Part shown: positions 54,853 to 64,000 of the stretch, one piece after another | Layout of the letters: every line of letters starts with the position of its first letter | How positions within the stretch are numbered: the first letter of the stretch is position 1 | DNA from: Octopus sinensis | Lineage: Eukaryota | Assembly (NCBI RefSeq): GCF_006345805.1 | Contig: NC_043011.1 | Location: forward strand, 13,094,464-13,158,463 | Direction: 5' to 3' | DNA length: 64,000 bases | Notes under the pieces: model-generated | Told to the model about the DNA's origin: nothing | The model's input: only the letters and a program-made list of their open reading frames with translations | The model's database searches: none | Made by a program: the position numbers and the translations under genes

Positions 54853-55042
54853 ACCTTTAGCATTTAAACTGACCATATCTGGCCCAAAATACTCCACCTG
54901 TTTTACATCCAAACTGACCACATTCAGCCTCTCTCACCATTCTAAAACGAAACAATCAAAATCTTGAAGCTATAAAATAATGCAGGATAAATTCAAAACA
55001 ATAAAGTATTACATTTGACAAAATAATCTGAATCTTCAAGTG
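54853..55042. mobile_element. Possible piggyBac-type MITE
   Basis: TTAA-flanked, ends acctttagcatt / gaatcttcaagtg, a diverged version of CCCTTTAGCATT/AATGCTAAAGGG. Confidence 0.35.
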
Positions 55043-55063
55043 TTAATGTCATGCTAGTTATAC

Positions 55064-55189
55064 AATGGAAGGGACAGGTGGACGCTATTTGGGGGCTGTT
55101 CTCAGTTTGGACCTGGGTTGAGAGTACTTCTTTAATCGTGTCGCAGACAGCATTTCTATTGTGGTGTTACGCTACAAAGTGATTCTAGC
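55064..55189 (-). other. Candidate 5'-UTR/first-coding exon (3' boundary uncertain)
   Basis: Very strong acceptor tattttgcttttttttcttttttaaag|; CpGs retained; stops in all frames near its start; several weak donors (55128, 55113, 55064). Confidence 0.3.
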
Positions 55190-55363
55190 CTTTAAAAAAG
55201 AAAAAAAAGCAAAATATACATGAATCACACACAACAAAGTTTGACAGCTTTTTCTGTTTACTGTGTCTGTCAAAGGACTATAACAAGGGATGAGATGCTG
55301 TTAAGACATGAAAAAGAGAGCATAAAATTGTGGTGGCGGTGGTGGTGGTGGTGGTGGTGGTGG

Positions 55364-55415
<52 letters not shown>

Positions 55416-55476
55416 TGTGATGATGGTTGTCATAATAGTGCTAGTAACAATGATGATGACAACGTCCATGAGTACC

Positions 55477-55870
55477 TGTGTGGTAAGTAGCTTGCTTACC
55501 AACCACATGGTTCCGGGTTCAGTCCCACTGCGTAGCACCTTGGGCAAGTGTCTTCTACAATAGCCTCGGGCCGACCAAAGCCTTGTGAGTGGATTTGGTA
55601 GACGGAAACTGAAAGAAGCCTGTCATATATATGTATACATATATATAAAAGTGTGTGTGTGTGTGTGTGTGTATATGTTTGTGTGTCTGTATGTGACCCC
55701 AACATTGCTTGACAATCAATGCTGGTGTGTTTACGTCCCTGTAACTTAGCGGTTCGGCAAGAGAGACTGATAGAATAACTACTAGGCTTACAAAGAATAA
55801 GTCCTGGTGTCGATTTGCTTGATTAAAGGCGGTGCTCCAGCATGGTCGCAGTCAAATGACTGAAACAAAA
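55477..55870 (+). mobile_element. SINE family A
   Basis: Family match. Confidence 0.9.
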
Positions 55871-56649
55871 GAAGAAAAAAAAAAGGGAAAAAACATATAT
55901 ATACATCCCATTTACAAATATCTCCATACAAAATGATGTTAAATTGATTTAAAGGGAGATAATTTTATGCCGGAAATAATTTCACAGGTAAAGAGAAAAA
56001 AAAACAGGAATTGGAGAAGTAAAGAACCAAACTAAATACTGCAAATACATTTTATTCCAAATTCAGGAGTAAGAAAATTATTTCTTGGCCATCATTAACA
56101 ATTAAAAGATATGGAGTTGCCTGCTACAACTTGGAGATGAACTTGAGCCTTTCAAAGCATCACTGTTTGGGTTTAACAATCTGTTAAAACTAAATGATAG
56201 ACAAAGATAATATTCTCACTACTATGTTTTGCAGTAGAGAATATTTTGCCAAATATATGTAGACATCTAAATGTACAGATTAATTTATATATACATACTT
56301 TTATATATATAAATATATATATATATATTGTGAGTGTGGTAGTGTACCCAACTGGTATATATATAATAACAAAATAATAAATAAAGCATATGCATATATA
56401 CATACATATATGTACGTACCTACATCTATATGTATATATTCATGCATATATGGGTACAGGACACCAAACAGAACATCGAACACAATGAGAAACGAAAACA
56501 TAAACACATTTTTCTTAAACAACGAAAAAACAGAGTACAAGACATACAACCAAGGAAAATTCCCCTTCTTCAGCCACCTCTGTTTCATCTACTCCGCATT
56601 CCTATATAACATAAAGAATCCCTTCGGTCATGAATACACCTAAAAAGTT

Positions 56650-56920
56650 CCCCACCAAGGTACATGTCCGGGCAAAGTTGTTTATGGAAGACCAGTAATC
56701 GCCCATGCATACCAGCCTCCCTTCTTCATGCCACCAATGTTATCCAAGGGAAAGGTAAAGGCCAATACAGCTTGGCACCTGTGACATCACAGCTCATCTC
56801 ATGGGTGGACTGGAACAACATGAAATAAAGTGCCTTGCACAAGAACACAACACAGCCTGGGAATTGAATTTGCTACCTCATGAGTGTGAGCCCGAAGCTC
56901 AAACCACTGAGCCCTGCACC
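56650..56920 (-). mobile_element. tRNA-derived SINE (further family)
   Basis: Minus-strand head gtaggtgcagggctcagtggtttgagc..aattcaattcccagg followed by gtgttcttgtgcaaggcacttta. Confidence 0.6.
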
Positions 56921-56932
56921 TACACATATATA

Positions 56933-56965
<33 letters not shown>

Positions 56966-56989
56966 TTATTTAAAGTTTCAGCTCAGAAT

Positions 56990-57385
56990 ATCATCATCAT
57001 CATCATCGTTTAACGTCCGCTTCCCATGCTAGCATGGGTTGGACGGTTTGACTGTGGGCTGGCAAACCAGATGGCTGCACCAAGCTCCAGTCTTGATCTG
57101 GCAGAATTTCTACAGCTGGATGCCCTTCCTAACGCCAACCACCCCGAGAGTGTAGTGGGTGCTTTTACGTGCCACCGGCACGGGGGCCAGTCAGGCGGTA
57201 CTGGCAACAACCTCGCTCGAATTTTGGGGGCCAGACATGTGGTACTGACAATGACCTCGCTTGAATATTTTACACATGCCAACGGCACAGGTGCCAGTAA
57301 GACGATGCTGATAACGATCCCACTCGAATGGTGCCTCCTACATGCCACCGGCACGGAAGCCAGTTAGCCGCTCTGGCAACGATCA
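56990..57385 (-). mobile_element. RTE-type 3' UTR/tail repeat
   Basis: Homologous to 44030-44375. Confidence 0.75.
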
Positions 57386-57535
57386 TCATTATTGCACTCT
57401 TTTATACAGTGTATTCTCTTAAAACCCCAGTCCAACATATAAACAGTACCTGCCTTTCCATTCTTCCCGAGTGTCAAACTAATACACCAGCTTGTTGTTC
57501 CTTCACCTGTCTTCGTTTTGTTTTCTGTAGATTCA

Positions 57536-57587
<52 letters not shown>

Positions 57588-57599
57588 ATATATATACAA

Positions 57600-58040
57600 A
57601 ATTTTATATAGAGTTACCCAAGGTTTCCCACCCACAAAGTCAAAGCCTTGTGGACAGCTCATCAGACTCATATGAATACAAGATTTTTAAATATCAACGT
57701 CGCAGATGTGAAGAAACACTCAGAGCTCAAAGAGTAAGAAAAAACGTTCATGACGACAGGTTATTTCTCCTTAATCAGAGGGAAAAAAAACCTTTATAGA
57801 CTTGGAGAAGCCTAATATGCAAACAGGGAGATACAATTTTCTAGAAACATTTGAAGTGGATGCATTTGTTTAATGTGCCAGGCTTCTTATAGTCTTCAAG
57901 AATTTTGGTTCTCTCCTCAATGCAGATCTTGCAATAACCACCTCCATTAATATATGGGCCCAAATAATCAATTAAATTCCACCTGATATCACACGGGGTC
58001 CCTTGATCTTTCAGGTGCCACACATGGCAGGCCAGGGACA
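57600..58040 (-). mobile_element. PLE GIY-YIG C-terminus plus 3' region
   Basis: LACHVWHLKDQG..CDIRWNLI...Y..GGGYCKICIEE..KI...GTLNK; same motif series as 5330-5500. Confidence 0.75.
57606..57674 (-). ncRNA. Type I hammerhead ribozyme motif (probably decayed) in PLE 3' region
   Basis: atatGAGT-CTGATGA-G-ctgtccacaagg ctttga ctttgtgggtgg-GAAAC C ttg G GTA-ACTCtatat. All three stems can be drawn, but the G10.1:C11.1 pair is G:G. Confidence 0.6.
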
Positions 58041-58068
58041 TGACATACACACACACACACACACACAT

Positions 58069-58117
<49 letters not shown>

Positions 58118-58599
58118 ATACATATATATATTTAGATAGATAGACAAACAGACAGATAGATAATTAGCAATAATTGAAGCAGAAGATGGATTTGGCATTA
58201 GTCTTTATTTAGTACGACAATTGTTTCAACTCTTCCTGCGACTGTTATTTATAGGTGGGATCCAGTCGTGTTGTGCATCCAGTCGTGTTGCATTAATCAG
58301 TGCAGTCTGGGTCACATCAGATTATATGCATACATAAAGTGGTGTCCTACTAAATATATTGAGTTCTCGCAATCATGTTGATGTTTTCCCACTGTACCAG
58401 TTGAATGGGGTTAGCTAGAGTTGTCTTTACATTAAACAGTCACAGCAAAATAATCGAATACATGAGACCATAACCCGTGGCCTCTAACTGGGATGTAGCC
58501 AGTCCACTTATGCATACCTTTCCTTCTTGGGACACAAAACTTTACTTGTGAAGACCTGTTGAGGCAAGTGAAAATCAAAATCAAAATCGAAATCGATCA

Positions 58600-59025
58600 A
58601 CATCAATGGAAATTGTAGTTGTGATACCAGTGCCGGTGGCACGTAAGAGAACCATCCAAACGTGGCTGTTGCCAGCGCCACCCCAACTGGCCTCCGTGTC
58701 GATGGCACGTAAAAAGCACCATCCGATTGTGACCGTTGCCAGCCTCGCCTGGCCTCCATGCCGGTGGCACGTAAAAAGCACCATCCGGTCGTGGCCGTTT
58801 GCCAGCCTCGTCTGGCACCTGTGCTGGTGGCACGTAAAAAGCACCCACTACACTCACGGAGTGGTTAGTATTAAGAAGGGCATCCAGCTGTAGAAACACT
58901 GCTAGATAAGACTGGGCCTGGTGCAGCTTTCTGGCTTCCCAGACCCCAGTCGAACCATGCAACCCATGCTAGCATGGAAAGCAGACATTAAACGATGTTG
59001 ATGATGATGATGATGATGATGATGA
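58600..59025 (+). mobile_element. RTE-type 3' UTR with four tandem GGCACGTAA(A/G)AAGCACC units and (ATG)n tail
   Basis: Homologous to 44030 and 56990. Confidence 0.75.
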
Positions 59026-59034
59026 TAATTTGTC

Positions 59035-59400
59035 TTTTATTTGTTTCAGTCATTAGACTGTGGTCTAGAAGAATTTTTAACTGAATGAATCAACTCCGGT
59101 ATGTTTTATCTTCTTAACCCTGGTACTTATTATATTGGCCTCTTTTGCCAAACCACTAAGTCACAGGAACATAAATATGCCAACACTTGTTGTCAAGCTG
59201 TGTTTGGAGACAAATACAGACACAAAGACACATACACATTAATATATATATTACAGTCTGCTTTCAGTTTCCATCTACAAAACCAAGTCACAAGGCTTTG
59301 GTCAACTCGAGGTTATAGCAGAAGACTCCAAGGTGCCACGCAGTGGGACTGAACCCTGAACCATATGGTTGAGATGCAAGCTACTTACCACATAGCCACA
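59035..59400 (-). mobile_element. SINE family A, CpG-decayed
   Basis: Family match. Confidence 0.75.
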
Positions 59401-59624
59401 CTTGTATCTATATTCACACAGCCATGCCTGTGCCTATATCCACATAGCCATGTCTATACTTATATCCACACAGCCATGCCTGTACCTATGTCTGTGAAAA
59501 TATATTAGGTGACAACAACCGGAAATGACGGACAAAAGTAGCATTAACTTTTTAGGTCATTCGATATTTTCAACCAATCAAAGGATTAATTGAGTTAACC
59601 AATTAACAACAAACCTATAATGAC

Positions 59625-59971
59625 AGCTGCAAACATCTGAAAGACATTCCAAAAGCTGGAGCATTTTGAATGGGAAATGATGCTCTGTTTGCATTATTCA
59701 CCAGACATTGCCCCATCTGGTCTGCAAAATCATTTGAACAGAAAAGATATGAACTTTGTAGATGAGGTCAGAACAGTACTGGAGGAGTGTTATTTTGTCA
59801 CAGACAAATTAATTTTGGAAGTGGGGCCTTGAAATTCTACTAGATAGATGGAAGAGCATTGTAGAAAATGAAGGAGAGTATATTTAAGATTAAAAAAGAA
59901 CTTTGTTTATCTTAATTTTGAAAAATAAAGGAAATATAAAAAAACTGCATTATTTATGGGATGACCCATTA
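59625..59971 (+). mobile_element. mariner 3' fragment
   Basis: YSPDIAPS..LQNHL...RWKSIVENEGEYI; the end ttatgggatgacccat|TA shares GGTCATCCCATAA with the 44944 TIR. Confidence 0.8.
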
Positions 59972-60353
59972 TCTCTATATATATATAAAGCTGAGTTGTC
60001 TGTGTGTGGCAGGTTTGGTAGCCTTCAACTAACACTATCTCCTGCGAGACCCTGCGGCGCAAGTTGACCAAAATTGAGAGTATGATAGAAGGCTTGCTCT
60101 TCCTTCTGTAGAAGATAAAATGCAAATCGGACCATGTTAACATCAAAAATTATTTACATAAAAAAGGTGCTTTTTTCTATGAAAATCCCTATTTTTTATG
60201 ATTTTTTTACTGCTGTGTCACCATTTTTCAGTGTATTTTAACCAGAAAAATGTGCACTTAAAGAGAATAACAAGCTACATAATGCAAAATTTTTACTTTT
60301 CAAAAATTCCAATTCTAAAGCGTCAAAACAAACCCGAGCAACTATACTGCTAG
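59972..60353 (+). mobile_element. Non-autonomous Helitron
   Basis: A|TC start, gagcaac...actgCTAG|T end as in 6292-6685. Confidence 0.7.
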
Positions 60354-60383
60354 TATATAATATATATGTATGTATATATATAC

Positions 60384-60523
<140 letters not shown>

Positions 60524-60524
60524 T

Positions 60525-60599
60525 ATAAACAGCAGTTTGCAATGTTTCGCCAAGAAGGGAAATTATAATTTTGGTGAAACATTACAAACTGCTGTTTAT
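60525..60599. repeat. Near-perfect 29-bp hairpin
   Basis: ataaacagcagtttgcaatgtttcgccaa / ttggtgaaacattacaaactgctgtttat, 2 mismatches, 17-nt loop. Confidence 0.9.
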
Positions 60600-60689
60600 T
60601 TTAGTTTTATGTGTACACCTTAGTGAACTGCTAAATCATCCAATAATATGGACACATAAGAGGTGTAGCAATATCAGAAGAAGGTCAAC

Positions 60690-61520
60690 TGGGAAAATAG
60701 CTTTAGTGTGTGGAAGGTGCACAGGTAAAATATGTACAGAAAATAGCACTAAATATGTACAGAAAATAGACTCCACCAAATGCCAGGCAGGTAAGCTAGA
60801 AGTAGTTATTTAGGTGACCAAGTCAGTAGTGGAGGTGAATGCTGCAAGAACATAGCTACAAGAATAAGAATAAACCTGGCAAAGTTTAGAGAGCTCCTAC
60901 GTCAGATGGCAACAAAGGGCCTCTCACTCAGAGTGAAAGGGAGACTGTATGGCGCCTGTGTGCAAACAGCTATGCTACATGGCAGTGAAACACGGGCTGT
61001 GACCACCGAGGACATGCGTAGGCTTCAAAGAAATTAAGCTAGCATGCTTCACTGGATGTGCAATGTCAGTGTGCATGTGCAACAGAGTGTGAACATCTTG
61101 AGAGGAAAGTTGGGCATGAGCGGCATCAGATGTGGTGTGCAAGAGAGACAACTGTGCTAGTATAGTTATGTGATGCATATGTCTGAGAGCAACTGTGTAA
61201 AGAAGTGCCACTCTCTAACTGTGAAGGGAACCTGTGGAAGAGGGGACCTAGGACGACATGAGGCAAGGTGGTGAAGCATGATCTTTGAACATTGGGCCTC
61301 ACAGAAGCAATGATTAGTGACTGAGACCTTTGGTGATATGTTATGCTCAAGAAGGCCTGTCAAGTCAAATGAATTCATAGTTGTGGCCAATGCAGGTGTC
61401 ATGTAACTGACACCTGTGCCAGTGGCATGTAAAAAGCACCTTTCCAGCATTTGGCCCTCACAGAGGCAATGACAAATGACTGAGACCTTCAGCAATATGC
61501 CATGCTTGAGCCATCAAGCC
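60690..61520 (+). mobile_element. RTE LINE 3' fragment
   Basis: Homologous to 49085-50000 (KGRLYGACVQTAMLHGSETRAVT). Confidence 0.85.
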
Positions 61521-61599
61521 AAATGAAATTGTGAATATATGTATGTATATGTAAATGTGTGTGTGCATGCATGTGTGCATGTATGCATGCATGCATGCA

Positions 61600-61815
61600 T
61601 GTGTGTGTGTCATTGTGTCTGTCTCCCACCACTGTTTGACAACTGATGTTGGTGTATTTATGTCCCCATAACTAAGTGGTTCAGCAATAGAGACTGATAG
61701 AATAAGTACCAGGCTTTAAAAAAAATAAGTACTGACGTCAATGTATCCAACTAAAATTTCTTCAAGGTGGTGCCCCAGCATGGCCACAGTCTAATGATCG
61801 AAACAAGTAAAAGAT
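61600..61815 (+). mobile_element. SINE family A, 3' half, CpG-decayed
   Basis: Family match. Confidence 0.7.
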
Positions 61816-62154
61816 AACCACCTATCCACCCTTGTTCACCATTCACTGTATTCATCCTGCCCAAATGCCAGCCACCCTCCTCACACTCACCACACTCCCC
61901 TGCACCTTCCATACACACACCCTTTCTGATCTTCTGACTCTACTTTCTCTTCTACTAACCTTGAGGACCTTGAGGACCTTGAGGTGCCTTGAGGACTTGC
62001 GCTAACTCCTTGTCACCACCACCGTTATCCCTTTCCAGCACCATCCTGACTATTCATACTCACCCTAATATGCTGCAAGCTAACCATGAATCTCTGCCAC
62101 AAGTAACCTGTTCCTGTCCTTTCATTCATTTTTTTTTTATTTTCTATCTCTCAC

Positions 62155-62250
62155 CTGCCGGCTGCCACTTGTTCGTTCCTTCCTTTGTCAAGTCACGATC
62201 GTAAGTTCGATATCAGCCCGGCCTCCGGTCAGATTTTCTTTTTTTTGCTG
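62155..62250 (-). promoter_or_regulatory. Candidate CpG-rich non-coding first exon/TSS region of the minus-strand gene
   Basis: About 7 CpGs in 62158-62228, donor GGCAG|gtgaga at 62154; lies at the right edge of the CpG-depleted domain. Confidence 0.35.
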
Positions 62251-62643
62251 AACAACTAACCTAAAGGCCACCTTCCTCTCTCCTATACTTCCACTCACTC
62301 ATGAAGAATCTTTATTCTTGTGAGTGACTCAACTAGTACTCCACATAAAGAGGTTAAGTTATCAAGGGCACGGCAGACCATGCAGTCCTCCGGTGACTTA
62401 CCAAATCCTATAGAATCAAGCATGAAAGACAAACTTTAAATGATGATGATTACGATGACAACAACACAACAAGGAGGATAATTGCTTCTGTTATTCTATG
62501 CAGCTCTCCAGTTATTACAGCTTCCTTTCTTTTACCTGACGCCATTTGCAAAATTCTACACTAAACATTTTTGGCCCAATCTCTTGTTTCTAAAACCACA
62601 GTAATCCAACAAGCATCAACCGGCTATCTATCTGCTGCTTTAT

Positions 62644-63235
62644 ATAGTAAGACCTCACCTGGAATTTGCATCACCGGTCTGGAAACCCTATCTTGCCCAG
62701 AATATTAATCATCTGGAAACCATTCAGCGATGTACAACCAAAAGAATATCCTCCATCAGGCATTTGCCATATTCTGAATGCCTTACTTCCCTGGGCATGG
62801 ACACATTGAAACTCCGACGTCTGGCAGCTGACTTGGCAGACACCCATAAAATTATTAACCATCTTACAAACAATAACTCTGAGCACCTTTTCAAACTCCA
62901 CCCGTCTAACACCCGTGGACATGTTTACAAAGTCAGAAAACAGCACAGCTCCCATGACTTTCGGAAACATTTTTTCACGCTAAGAGTTGCTGAAGCATGG
63001 AACAAACTACTGGCATCAGTTGTTAGTTGTCGGAGCACTGCATCCTTCAAAACTTCCATGCTTTCTGAGATTCGCCAACACTACACCTGATTTTCTCCCC
63101 TCCATACACACGCAAGCATGTATCTGACTCATACACTGTTCGCTCTCCAGACATTTGTACATTACTGCATATACTTTATACACACTTTTTGACAAGTTGT
63201 GGTGCACCTGAGGACTATATACAATAATTTCATTA
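62644..63235 (+). mobile_element. CR1 LINE 3' end
   Basis: VRPHLEFASPVW.PY....I..LETIQR..TKRI...LPYSE.L..LG..TL..RRL..DL...KI...TRGH.YK...RKHFFTLRVAEAWNKL. Confidence 0.92.
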
Positions 63236-63414
63236 TATATAATAAATCTTTCAAATGGACTTCAACTGCATTTACCTCATATATAAGGTCATAGATATTG
63301 CATCGTGAACTACATTTTAGTCATTAAATTCAATCCTACGCTATTGTCAGTTAGATAATGCTTTTTGCAATGAAATATTTCAAAGTTTTTTTGCTACATA
63401 ATAGAGATGTGGCA

Positions 63415-63800
63415 CGGGAGTGGCTGTGTGGTAAGTAGCTTGTTTACCAACCACATGGTTCCGGGTTCAGTCCCACTGCGTGGCACCTTGGGTAAGTGTC
63501 TTCTACTATAGCCTCGGGCCGACCAAAGCCTTGTGAGTGGATTTGGTAGACGGAAACTGAAAGAAGCCTGTCATATATATGTATATATATATGTGTGTGT
63601 GTGTTTGTTCCCCTAGCATTGCTTGACAACCGATGCTGGTGTGTTTATGTCCCCGTTACTTAGCGGTTCGGCAAAGAGACCGATAGAATAAGTACTGGGC
63701 TTACAAAAGAATAAGTCCCAGGGTCGAGTTGCTCGATAGAAGGCGGTGCTCCAGCATGGCCGCAGTCAAATGACTGAAACAAGTAAAAGAGTAAAAGAGT
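63415..63800 (+). mobile_element. SINE family A, full length, CpG intact
   Basis: Family match. Confidence 0.9.
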
Positions 63801-64000
63801 ATATGTAATCTCAATCAAGTCCTCATTCATAAGAACTCTATGGTATCTGATTCGATTGCCTGCCAGAGCTTTCCACCGTCAGGTTTTAACTTTAGACAGT
63901 AATAAATTAGTTTCAAGTTGCGATCACTTAAGCTATCATCTATTTTTTTCTGTTTGGGAATATTTATTAGCCTTGATTCATTGGCAAAGAGATGTTATAT

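Noticed and set aside
58600-58850. CRISPR-like repeat-spacer array
   Set aside because: Eukaryotic context; the spacers are related to each other; it is the tandem 3' UTR of an RTE element.

Overview
AT-rich, microsatellite-saturated eukaryotic DNA. The SINE families and repeat landscape strongly suggest an octopus (cephalopod) genome; this is inferred, not checked. Most listed ORFs are translations of simple repeats. Recognisable coding sequence is almost all transposon-derived: Penelope-like elements (PLE; RT and GIY-YIG fragments, with hammerhead-ribozyme motifs), a Chapaev3 transposase interrupted by a piggyBac deletion derivative, mariner, Helitron, Ty3/gypsy RT, and RTE, R4/Dong-like and CR1 LINE remnants. 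Non-coding elements include three to four tRNA-derived SINE families, a hAT MITE and a Merlin-like MITE family carrying TTAGGG tracts. No host gene can be named. However, repeats between about 38 and 62 kb show strong CpG decay, consistent with a methylated gene body. Within that domain a chain of small minus-strand exon candidates with canonical splice sites can be joined into one open frame, suggesting a hidden host gene transcribed leftward from about 62.2 kb.
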